A stretch of DNA of 64,000 bases from Spirochaetia bacterium. Lineage in GTDB: Bacteria > Spirochaetota > Spirochaetia > DSM-2461. Below the pieces are notes generated by a model that did not search any database, was not told the origin of the DNA, and was given only the letters and a program-made list of their open reading frames with translations. The stretch is from the NCBI GenBank assembly GCA_963668315.1, contig OY764216.1, positions 1,280,001-1,344,000 of the forward strand, written 5' to 3'. The position numbers were made by a program, and so were the translations under genes. Positions 38,492 through 47,143 of the stretch are shown piece after piece (positions within the stretch are counted from its first letter, which is position 1; each line of letters begins with the position of its first letter).

Positions 38492-39490
38492 ATGAGAATC
38501 GCTTACGAAAAAATGAAAAACGAGTTTCTGAGAGTCCTCAGGAAATACGGCTTTAATGAGGATGACGCTCTGCTGGGCGCTGCCCTGTTCACCGACGCCA
38601 GCTGCGACGGCGTCTACACTCACGGGCTGAACCGTTTTCCCAAGTTCATCAAGAGCATCGATAACGGCAGTGTAAACGTAAAGGCGAGGGCTGTCCTCTC
38701 TGAGAAACTGGGGCCTCTGGAACGGTGGGACGGAAAGGGCGGCCCGGGGAATCTTAACGCCCATATCTGCATGAAAAGGGCGATTGAACTGGCCGGAGAA
38801 CATACTCTGGGCTGTGTGGCCCTTTCCAATACGAACCACTGGATGAGGCCCGGGGCCTACGGGCTGATGGCGGCCGAGGCGAACTGCATGGGAATCCTCT
38901 GGACCAATACGGTTCCCAATATGCCTCCCTGGGGGGGCAGCGAGGCCAAGCTGGGGAATAATCCGGTCGTCATCGCCATCCCCCACGGAGAGACTCCGAT
39001 TCTTCTGGATATCGCCATGTCCATGTTTTCCTACGGGAAACTGGAGAAATATGTCCTGGAGGGGCGTAAACTGCCCTTCTACGGGGGATTCGACCGGGAG
39101 GGGAATATGACCGATGATCCCTCGGCCATCCTGGACACCCACAGAACCCTGCCCATCGGCTATTGGAAAGGCTCCGGCCTCTCCCTCGTTCTGGACCTTC
39201 TGGCGGCGACCCTGTCGGGGGGAAGCACCAGCCGGATGGTGGGGACCTACCCCTACGAAACGAATCTTTCCCAGGTTTTCTTTGCGGTTTCCCTGGATAA
39301 GTTCGGCGATAAGGAGAGTCTGACGAGGAATATTTCCGAGACTCTTGCCGATCTTCGCCAGTCGGCCGAACCGGGAGCCCATGAAAAGGTCCATTTTCCC
39401 GGGGAGGGAATGGTCAGAACCAGAGTGGAAAACAGGAAAGAGGGGATTCCCGTGGATGAGAAAATCTGGAATCTTGTCACTTCTTTATAA
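38492..39490 (+). CDS. yiaK: 2,3-diketo-L-gulonate reductase (3-dehydro-L-gulonate 2-dehydrogenase; Ldh_2 family)
   Basis: DGVYTHGLNRF, NTNHWMR, WTNT..NMPPWG, DIAMSMFSYGK and LPIGYWKGSGL motifs. Confidence 0.88.
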   Translation: MRIAYEKMKNEFLRVLRKYGFNEDDALLGAALFTDASCDGVYTHGLNRFPKFIKSIDNGSVNVKARAVLSEKLGPLERWDGKGGPGNLNAHICMKRAIELAGEHTLGCVALSNTNHWMRPGAYGLMAAEANCMGILWTNTVPNMPPWGGSEAKLGNNPVVIAIPHGETPILLDIAMSMFSYGKLEKYVLEGRKLPFYGGFDREGNMTDDPSAILDTHRTLPIGYWKGSGLSLVLDLLAATLSGGSTSRMVGTYPYETNLSQVFFAVSLDKFGDKESLTRNISETLADLRQSAEPGAHEKVHFPGEGMVRTRVENRKEGIPVDEKIWNLVTSL

Positions 39491-39502
39491 GGCGGGGGAG
39501 TC

Positions 39503-40279
39503 ATGATAAAAACAGGATTGGTGTCGGCCACCTTTAAAAAAGAGCCGGTGACGGAGGTCCTTTCCCTGTGCGGCCAGGCCGGCCTCGGAGCTATCGAATG
39601 GAGCGAGGGGCATCATCTGGAGGCGGGTAATTTCTCCGCCGGGGATGAGCTGAGAAAAGAGACCGAAGAGGCGGGGATCAAGATTGTCGCCCTGGGTTCC
39701 TATTACCGTCTGGGAACGGAAGAGAACAGCCGGGAAGCCTTTGAGAAAAGAATCGTATCGGCAAAGGCTCTCGGTACGGATCTCATAAGAATCTGGGCGG
39801 GCACCGAACCGTCCGCCGCTGTGGACGACGGCTATTTCCACAGGATGGCGGCCGAAGCCGGGGATATCGCCGCCCGGGCGGCGGAAGAGGGGATAAGAAT
39901 AGCCTTCGAGTGGCATAAAAATACCCTGACCGATACGAACGAATCGGCCATGAGGCTGATGGAGTCACTGGAGAACCGGAAGAATGTCTACTGCCTCTGG
40001 CAACCGACGGTGGCCTTGAGTGAGGATGAGAGGGTCCGGGGTATCAAACTGCTGGGTGATCGTCTGGCCAATCTCCATGTCTATCATTGGCAGGAAGGAA
40101 TAAGGCGGCCCCTGGAAGAGGGCCGGGAGAACTGGTCGCGCTATTTTCGTGCGGTAGACGGGGAAGGCGACAGGTATGCCCTGATGGAGTTCGTCATGGA
40201 GGACAGTAAGGAACAGTTCCTTGATGACGCCCGGGTACTGAACAGTTGGATTAATCTATTAAATGACAATAAGGAGTAG
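39503..40279 (+). CDS. Sugar phosphate isomerase/epimerase-family TIM-barrel protein
   Basis: GLVSATF, IEW, GSYYR, IRIWAG and FEWHKNTLTD motifs. Confidence 0.8.
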   Translation: MIKTGLVSATFKKEPVTEVLSLCGQAGLGAIEWSEGHHLEAGNFSAGDELRKETEEAGIKIVALGSYYRLGTEENSREAFEKRIVSAKALGTDLIRIWAGTEPSAAVDDGYFHRMAAEAGDIAARAAEEGIRIAFEWHKNTLTDTNESAMRLMESLENRKNVYCLWQPTVALSEDERVRGIKLLGDRLANLHVYHWQEGIRRPLEEGRENWSRYFRAVDGEGDRYALMEFVMEDSKEQFLDDARVLNSWINLLNDNKE

Positions 40280-40284
40280 GAGAA

Positions 40285-41508
40285 TTGGCAGATCTGCATG
40301 TTGAGAAGTTTGATTTAATGAATCCCTTCGTTCTGGCTTCGAGTCCGGCGACTCAGGGAGCAAAGAATGTTCTGAAAATAGCCGAGTGCCGTCCGGGGGC
40401 TATCGTCCTCAGGAATTTCGGACACGGCATGGGGGGAGGAAGCTTTTTTTCTCCCGGCGCCGATGCTTTTTTCAAGGGGGAACAGGCATTCCACAGCCAT
40501 GCCGTGGGAACGCAGCTGCCCGATCCCATCAAAACGCTGGACCAGTACTGCGAAGAGGTGAGAACGATTAAGAAGAGCCTTGATAAGGACATCCGGCTCT
40601 GGGTTTCCGTGGGGCATTACAGCGATATCGTTAAAGGCGGAGATTGGGAAGGGGACTGGAAAAAACAGGCGAAGGAGCTGGTCAACGCCGGCGCCGATGC
40701 TCTGGAACTTCACTTCAACACGCCCGGCATCGCCGTGGCCAAGGACCGTCAGTTCAATTACTACCAGCTGGTGGAATCGTCCACCCGGATGATAAAGAGT
40801 GTCTGCGGAGGTGTTCCCGTCATGGTGAAGCTGGCCATTGAATCGTGCGATTCCCTCACTTCCATGAGAGCCGCTGCGAACGCCGGCGCCGATGCGGTGG
40901 GGCCGACGGCTAGGTGGAAAGGGTTCTACTTTGATCTTGACTGGAAACGCACCCAGGCGAGGCCCGGTTCGGGATACGGGGGAACCCAGGCAAACCCGAT
41001 CGTCTGCTACGCCGTTGCCGATGCCAGAAGCAGGGGGATCGATACCCCCATGTATGCCGGCGGCGGGGTGTTCTCCTATGATCAGGCCCTTCGCATAATC
41101 ATGGCCGGAAGTGAGATGGTTCAGCTCGGAACCGCGGCCTGCAGCGGGGGAGCCAAGGCGTGCCGCCGGATTATCAAGGACTTCTCCTCCTGGATGGATA
41201 AAAAGGGATATGCCGATATGAAGAGCCTGACCGGCGCGGCCCTCGAGCTCTTTAATATGGATGGGGAAACATCCAGAAAAAGGACGAACATGCTGGGCGA
41301 GGCCTATCGTTCGGCCGCCGTATCGGAAGAGTCCTGTACCGGATGCGGGAAGTGCGTGGATGTCTGCTGGCATGAGGGCATCGAGATACGGGGGAAGAAA
41401 GCGGTCAAGCTGGATACCTGTATCGGCTGCGGTTACTGCTTTCAGGTCTGCCCCGTTTCGGCTCTTTCCGTGGATGCGGGAAGTATTCTGGAAGAGGCTT
41501 TGCGCTAG
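40285..41508 (+). CDS. DHODH/PreA-like FMN oxidoreductase with C-terminal 2x[4Fe-4S] domain
   Basis: NPFVLASSP, GADALEL, PVMVKL, GGGV and AGSEMVQL motifs; two CxxCxxCxxxC motifs; TTG start after AGGAG. Confidence 0.8.
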   Translation: MADLHVEKFDLMNPFVLASSPATQGAKNVLKIAECRPGAIVLRNFGHGMGGGSFFSPGADAFFKGEQAFHSHAVGTQLPDPIKTLDQYCEEVRTIKKSLDKDIRLWVSVGHYSDIVKGGDWEGDWKKQAKELVNAGADALELHFNTPGIAVAKDRQFNYYQLVESSTRMIKSVCGGVPVMVKLAIESCDSLTSMRAAANAGADAVGPTARWKGFYFDLDWKRTQARPGSGYGGTQANPIVCYAVADARSRGIDTPMYAGGGVFSYDQALRIIMAGSEMVQLGTAACSGGAKACRRIIKDFSSWMDKKGYADMKSLTGAALELFNMDGETSRKRTNMLGEAYRSAAVSEESCTGCGKCVDVCWHEGIEIRGKKAVKLDTCIGCGYCFQVCPVSALSVDAGSILEEALR

Positions 41509-41559
41509 TCATTAACCAGCATGTATAATGCATGCTGGAAACAATAATAGGAGTTTGCA

Positions 41560-43134
41560 ATGAAAAAAATTGTATCGGTTTTCGCATGTTTTCTTCTGAC
41601 TTTAACGGTGGTTAATGCCAACGGTCAGAACGAACAGGCCGGTTCTGCGGAAGGGCAGAAGAGCCTGACCTATTGGGTTCCCCTGAATCCCAATGTATCT
41701 CAGGTCGTTCAGGATTTCGGTGAGACGGAATACGCCAAAGAGTTGATGAGAAAAACGGGGATTAATATCGAATATCAGCATATTTCCGCCGGAAACAACG
41801 CCCAGATCATGGAAGGATTCAACATTCTGATCGCCTCCGGTAACTACCCCGATATCATCGAGTACAAATTCATCGATTACCCGGGCGGTCCCCAGGCTGC
41901 CCTGAATGACAAGGTCATCATCCCCCTGAACGATGTCTTTGAGAAATACAGTCCCAATGTGTCCAAAATCATTAATGATAATCCCGATATCTCCAAGATG
42001 ATCAGCACCAATGACGGGACGTTCTATGTTTATCCCTTTCTGAGAGGGCTTTCCAGCAAGGATAACAAGCTTCTCTTCTCCGAAGGTCTGGTTCTCAGGA
42101 AGGATCTGCTGGATAAGGTCGGGATGGATATCCCCGTCACCCCCGACGACTGGTACAAGGTCCTGACGGCTTTCAGGGATCAGCTGGGAGTCAAGATTCC
42201 CATGACCCTGAGAAAGGATCATGTAAGCCGCGTTCTCTCTCCGGGCTACGACAGCTGGGGCGATTTCTACATCGAGGACGGACAAGTTCATTTCGGGCCG
42301 ATCGAACCGGAAAGAAAGGATTATCTCGAGGGGACACACCGGTGGTATGCCGAGGACCTGCTCGACCATGATTATTTTGCCGTGGACAAGAAAACGCAGG
42401 CCACCAAAGTTCTGAACAACCTGGTGGGTGCCACTTACGCCCCGGGCGGTTCCGGTATAGGCACATGGCTGCCCGCCATGAGAAAAAGCGATCCCGCCGT
42501 CAACCTGATCAGCTGCGCTCCCATGACACCCGATGCGGGGAGACTTTCCAAGTTCTCCAAGATGAACACGATCTACAGCAACAGCGGTTACAGCGCCGCC
42601 ATCAGCACGGCCTGCCGCGATATCGAAACGGCGGCAAAGCTTCTGGATTTCAACTACAGCGAAGAAGGTCATCTGCTGGCCAACTTCGGTATCGAGGGCG
42701 TTTCCTACAACATGGTCAACGGCTATCCGACCTATACGGATATGATCAAGAATAATCCCAACGGCCTTTCCGTCACCCAGGCGATGAGTCTTTATATCCG
42801 GGGACATATTCACGGACCTTTCGTCCAGGATCAGCGGGAGCTCGAACAGTACTACAGCCTTCCTCAGCTTCAGGAAGCCCTGGAGTTATGGACGAAGACC
42901 GACATGGGCGAGCACCTTGTCCCCCCCCTCTCCATCAGCGACGAGGACAGCGACGAACTGGCCAGCATCATGAATAACGTCACCACCTTCATGGAGGAGA
43001 TGGAGTCCAAATTCATCATCGGGGCTCTGGATATTTCCGAGTTTGATTCCTATGTGGATCAGCTGAAAAAATTCGGTATTGAACGGGCCATAGAAATCAA
43101 GCAGAACGCTTACGATACGTACATGAGCAAATAA
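41560..43134 (+). CDS. Carbohydrate ABC substrate-binding protein (LplA-like)
   Basis: Signal peptide; KTGINIEY, IASGNYPDI, RKDLLDKVG and FGIEGVSY motifs. Confidence 0.9.
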   Translation: MKKIVSVFACFLLTLTVVNANGQNEQAGSAEGQKSLTYWVPLNPNVSQVVQDFGETEYAKELMRKTGINIEYQHISAGNNAQIMEGFNILIASGNYPDIIEYKFIDYPGGPQAALNDKVIIPLNDVFEKYSPNVSKIINDNPDISKMISTNDGTFYVYPFLRGLSSKDNKLLFSEGLVLRKDLLDKVGMDIPVTPDDWYKVLTAFRDQLGVKIPMTLRKDHVSRVLSPGYDSWGDFYIEDGQVHFGPIEPERKDYLEGTHRWYAEDLLDHDYFAVDKKTQATKVLNNLVGATYAPGGSGIGTWLPAMRKSDPAVNLISCAPMTPDAGRLSKFSKMNTIYSNSGYSAAISTACRDIETAAKLLDFNYSEEGHLLANFGIEGVSYNMVNGYPTYTDMIKNNPNGLSVTQAMSLYIRGHIHGPFVQDQRELEQYYSLPQLQEALELWTKTDMGEHLVPPLSISDEDSDELASIMNNVTTFMEEMESKFIIGALDISEFDSYVDQLKKFGIERAIEIKQNAYDTYMSK

Positions 43135-43141
43135 AATGATC

Positions 43142-43167
43142 GTTCCCCGGATTTTTCTCCGGGGAAC
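43142..43167 (+). terminator. Stem-loop after binding-protein gene
   Basis: GTTCCCCGGA-TTTTTC-TCCGGGGAAC. Confidence 0.55.
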
Positions 43168-43194
43168 TGTTACAGGCATCAAGGGAGTTGAATA

Positions 43195-45222
43195 GTGGAG
43201 GACACGGAAATCCTCATTGGCAGGATAGATCCTAAGATCATCAAGACACTTTGCGGTGGCGATGATAAGTTAAAAAACAGCGACAGTATCGTCGATTCGA
43301 TGATCGGATATCTCAGGGAGAGAGAAACTCCCCGGTATCTTTTCGGAAAGGGAGACGTTTCGTCTTCCGCGGACGAGCTTCTTTTCAAAGAAGCCTCCGA
43401 TGTACTTGAGCATACAATATTCGGGCACAGCTTCAAGGGGGAGATCGATTGGAAATTCAATCCGACGACCGATACCTCGAGGGATAATGAATGGAGCTGG
43501 TCCCTGTTTCGAAATATATACTGGCAGCCTCTGGCCAGAGCCTACGCCGCCACGGGGGAAGACAGATATGTCGAGGAGATCGTGGCCCAGATGGAGAGTT
43601 TCGCTTCCGCCTGGCCGGCCGCCCCTTTTATCGAAGATCTGACGTTTGAGAAGAAATCCCCCTACCCGGGGCATGCCTGGAGAACAATCGAGGCGGGTGT
43701 ACGCATCTATACCACCTGGCTTCCCTGCTTCTTCGTCATTAAGGATTCCCCCGCCTTCGGCCGCAAGGGGTGGACCGTTTTTCTGAACATGATCCATGAT
43801 CACGCCGAATTCCTTCTGTCCCACTACAGCAACCATGACAGATCGAGCAACTGGCTCTCCATGGAATCGAGCGCCCTTCTGCAGCTCGGCATCCTCTTTC
43901 CCGAATTCAAGCGGGCCGAAGAATGGCGGGACGTGGGTTACCGCCGCGTCATGCACGAGATTAAATACTGCTTTGATAACGACGGCATACATATGGAGCG
44001 CACGCCGGTCTACCATCTCGTGGCTTCGATCGCTTTCTTCCAGGCCGTCAGGCTCTGCCGGATCAACGGTCTGGAAGTGCCGCCCTACGCCATGCCCATC
44101 CTGGTCAAAAGCCTGGAGTTCATCGGCGCCCTGGTTAAGCCGGACTTCTCCACTCCCATGATCGGGGACGCGGACCGGGAGGACCTTACCGCCCGGAAGA
44201 GCGATACCTCTCTTTTCGAGGGGATGAATCTCTCCTTTGTTCCCGATGACCTGAATGAGCTGCGCGGTTACTTCCGTCAGATGGCCCTGCTGACCGGCCG
44301 GGAGGATTTTCTCTGGTTCTCCACGGCGGGGAAAGAGGGACGCCCGCCCCTGGAAAGAAATTATAAAATGACCGATGCGGGCATCTATGTCATGAGGACG
44401 GGCTGGAACCGCAACTCCTCCTATTTCCTCTGTCACGGCGTACAGCTGGAACGGGGCGAGAGAAGCACCCATTCCCACAATGATGTGGGACATGTGGAGA
44501 TCTCCCTCCGGGGCGAAGATATTCTCATCGATTCGGGCCGCTACATCTATAACAGCTCCTGCTGGAAGGACTGGCGCAGCTATTTTCTGTCGGCCCGGGC
44601 CCACAACACCCTTTTTGTCGATGACCACGAAATGGGAACCGTCCCGAATGTTTCCCGCGTGCGGGGAGTCAGGACTCACTGCCACTATTTCGAAGAGACC
44701 GAAGAGTATCAGATGATGGATCTTTCCCATAACGGTTATGCCTTCTGCGATGATCCGGTGTTTCACCGCAGAAGAGTCGTCCGTCTGGCCGGCGATATCG
44801 TTATTATCGAAGACCTGATAACGGGCCGGGGCGGTGAAGACCATGACTTCAGGCTCTATTACAACTTCGCTCCCGGGGCACTGAGCCGCAGGGAGGGACA
44901 TGTATGGGAGTATACCGCCGGTTCGGGGAACAAATACCTCTGTGCCGGACTGGGAAATGACGGGATGGAATCCTCCTCCTTGTACGGGAGCGAGGAGCCT
45001 AAGGGAGGCTGGGTCTCCTTCGGATATCCCGTAAGGGAACCGATTCCGCAGCTCTGTTTTTCCGCGGAGAGGAAGGCCCCCTTCTCCTTCGTCACCCTGA
45101 TCGCCCCCGGGGGTACCGCCTGGGACTACAGGAAAGAGGACCACACTCTGGAGGTTACAGGGGAGGACGGCCGGACCCGGTCCGTTCTGTTGAACGGGGA
45201 AAAAATCATCATCAAGAAATAA
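43195..45222 (+). CDS. Heparinase II/III-family polysaccharide/oligosaccharide lyase
   Basis: WRTIEAGVR, SNW, DGIHMERTPVYH, PMIGD, HSHND, IDSGRYIY and AHNT motifs; no signal peptide. Confidence 0.88.
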   Translation: MEDTEILIGRIDPKIIKTLCGGDDKLKNSDSIVDSMIGYLRERETPRYLFGKGDVSSSADELLFKEASDVLEHTIFGHSFKGEIDWKFNPTTDTSRDNEWSWSLFRNIYWQPLARAYAATGEDRYVEEIVAQMESFASAWPAAPFIEDLTFEKKSPYPGHAWRTIEAGVRIYTTWLPCFFVIKDSPAFGRKGWTVFLNMIHDHAEFLLSHYSNHDRSSNWLSMESSALLQLGILFPEFKRAEEWRDVGYRRVMHEIKYCFDNDGIHMERTPVYHLVASIAFFQAVRLCRINGLEVPPYAMPILVKSLEFIGALVKPDFSTPMIGDADREDLTARKSDTSLFEGMNLSFVPDDLNELRGYFRQMALLTGREDFLWFSTAGKEGRPPLERNYKMTDAGIYVMRTGWNRNSSYFLCHGVQLERGERSTHSHNDVGHVEISLRGEDILIDSGRYIYNSSCWKDWRSYFLSARAHNTLFVDDHEMGTVPNVSRVRGVRTHCHYFEETEEYQMMDLSHNGYAFCDDPVFHRRRVVRLAGDIVIIEDLITGRGGEDHDFRLYYNFAPGALSRREGHVWEYTAGSGNKYLCAGLGNDGMESSSLYGSEEPKGGWVSFGYPVREPIPQLCFSAERKAPFSFVTLIAPGGTAWDYRKEDHTLEVTGEDGRTRSVLLNGEKIIIKK

Positions 45223-45232
45223 GGAGAACCGG

Positions 45233-46012
45233 ATGAAATTTGGAATTTGTGCATCCTTCGAAGATATCAATCGAATTGAGAAAATGGGCTTTGACTATAT
45301 CGAATGCTCCCTGGCCTCTCTGGCCGCCTGTACGGAAGAGGAATTCAAGGCCATTCAGGAGATGGTCTCGGAATCGACTATCAAACCCCGCCGCTTTAAT
45401 CTGCTTCTGCCGAAGACCCTGAGCCTCGTGGGGCCCGGCGCGGCGGAGCCGGGGGAAATCAGGGAATACCTCGTGAAAGCCTTTACCAGGATGAAGACCC
45501 TGGGAGGGGAAGTGGTCGTCTTCGGAAGCGGCAAATGCCGGAATGTTCCCGAAGGGATCTCTTTTCAGGAGTGCTACCGTGATCTTGTCAGGGCGACGAA
45601 ACTGATCGGCCGGGTGGCCGGCTATTACGGAATAACCGTGGCCATTGAACCGCTCAACTGCGGGGAAACGAATATGATCAATTCCGTTGTGGAAGGAGCC
45701 ATGCTTCAGGCCGACGCGGACATGGCGTCGGTTCAGCTGCTGGCGGATTATTTCCATATGGAAAGGGAGGGCGAACCGGTCAGCGCTGTGGTGAAAGCGG
45801 GGAAGCTCGCCCACACCCATATCGCCGTGGGGGAGGGAAGACGGTATCCCCTGGAAGAGACGGAAGAGCTGAAGTCTTTTTTCGCCGCTCTTCATAAAAC
45901 GGGCTATGACGGATGCATGAGCATTGAGGGTAAGACGGAAAACATGGACCAGGACGGTCCCGCCGCCCTCTATCTGCTCCGCAAACTGGATAATGAAGCG
46001 GGAGAGAAATGA
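45233..46012 (+). CDS. Sugar phosphate isomerase/epimerase (ketose 3-epimerase-like TIM barrel)
   Basis: GFDYIE, VFGSG, IEPLN..E, ADYFHM, HTHIA and SIEG motifs. Confidence 0.85.
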   Translation: MKFGICASFEDINRIEKMGFDYIECSLASLAACTEEEFKAIQEMVSESTIKPRRFNLLLPKTLSLVGPGAAEPGEIREYLVKAFTRMKTLGGEVVVFGSGKCRNVPEGISFQECYRDLVRATKLIGRVAGYYGITVAIEPLNCGETNMINSVVEGAMLQADADMASVQLLADYFHMEREGEPVSAVVKAGKLAHTHIAVGEGRRYPLEETEELKSFFAALHKTGYDGCMSIEGKTENMDQDGPAALYLLRKLDNEAGEK

Positions 46013-47121
46013 TGGATAAAGTAAGAATCGGTATCATCGGCTATGGAAAAATGGGGGCCCAGCACAGCGAGACCCTGTTCAGCGGGAAGGTTCCCAACGG
46101 GATGATAACGGCTGTGGCCGATATCAAGGGGGAGCGGCTGGATCTGGCCCGGGAGAAATACGGTTCCGCCGTCAAATATTTTACCGGCGCGGAAGAGCTG
46201 ATCCGGTCCGGAGAGGTGGACGCTGTCATTCCCACGGTCCCCCATTATCTTCATCCGGAACTGGGGAAGAAGGCCTTTGAGGCGGGACTCCATTACCTGT
46301 GCGAAAAACCGGCCGGGGTCTATACCAACCAGGTTAAGGCCATGAATGCCCAGGCGGCGGAGAGCGGAAAAGTCTTTTCCATCATGTACAATCAGAGAAC
46401 CAATCCCCTCTATATCAAGGCCCGCGAGATGGTTCAGGGCGGAGAGCTGGGCGGGATAATCCGGACTAACTGGATTATCACCAGCTGGTTCCGGGCCGAA
46501 AGCTACTACAGCAGCAGCGACTGGCGCGCCACATGGAGCGGGGAGGGGGGCGGTGTCCTTCTGAATCAGAACCCCCATAATCTGGACCTGTGGCAGTGGA
46601 TCTGCGGAATGCCCTGCCGCATCAAATCGCAGCTTTACTACGGCAAGCACAGAAATATCGAAGTTGAAGATGATGTATACGCCATTGCGGAGTATCCCAA
46701 TGGAGCCACCGGATGCTACATCACCACAATCGCCGATACTCCCGGAACAAATCGCTTGGAGATTACGGGAGATAGGGGTAAACTGGTCATTGAAAACAAC
46801 AGTCTGACCTTCTGGAAGCTGGACGAATCGGCTTCCGAATTCAACAGGCGCTTCACTGGAGAAATCGGTCAACCCAAATCGGAAAAAACAGAGGTCCCCT
46901 GCGAAGGGGAGTATACAAGTCATCGGGGCATTATGGAAAACTTCTGCGATGCCATTCAGACCGGTGCGCCTCTGATCGCGCCCGGAGAGGAGGGGATACT
47001 GGGACTGGAGATATCCAATGCCATCCATCTCTCCGACTGGACCGGGGGAGACTGGGTCGATGTGCCCGTTGACGGAGATCTTTTCCAGCGGCTGCTGAAT
47101 GAGAGAATTGAGAAGAAATAG
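46009..47121 (+). CDS. Gfo/Idh/MocA-family oxidoreductase
   Basis: GIIGYGKMG, CEKP and GGGVLLNQNPHNLD motifs. Confidence 0.92.
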   Translation: MMDKVRIGIIGYGKMGAQHSETLFSGKVPNGMITAVADIKGERLDLAREKYGSAVKYFTGAEELIRSGEVDAVIPTVPHYLHPELGKKAFEAGLHYLCEKPAGVYTNQVKAMNAQAAESGKVFSIMYNQRTNPLYIKAREMVQGGELGGIIRTNWIITSWFRAESYYSSSDWRATWSGEGGGVLLNQNPHNLDLWQWICGMPCRIKSQLYYGKHRNIEVEDDVYAIAEYPNGATGCYITTIADTPGTNRLEITGDRGKLVIENNSLTFWKLDESASEFNRRFTGEIGQPKSEKTEVPCEGEYTSHRGIMENFCDAIQTGAPLIAPGEEGILGLEISNAIHLSDWTGGDWVDVPVDGDLFQRLLNERIEKK

Positions 47122-47143
47122 ACGACGGAGAGGGTAGGGTCTT

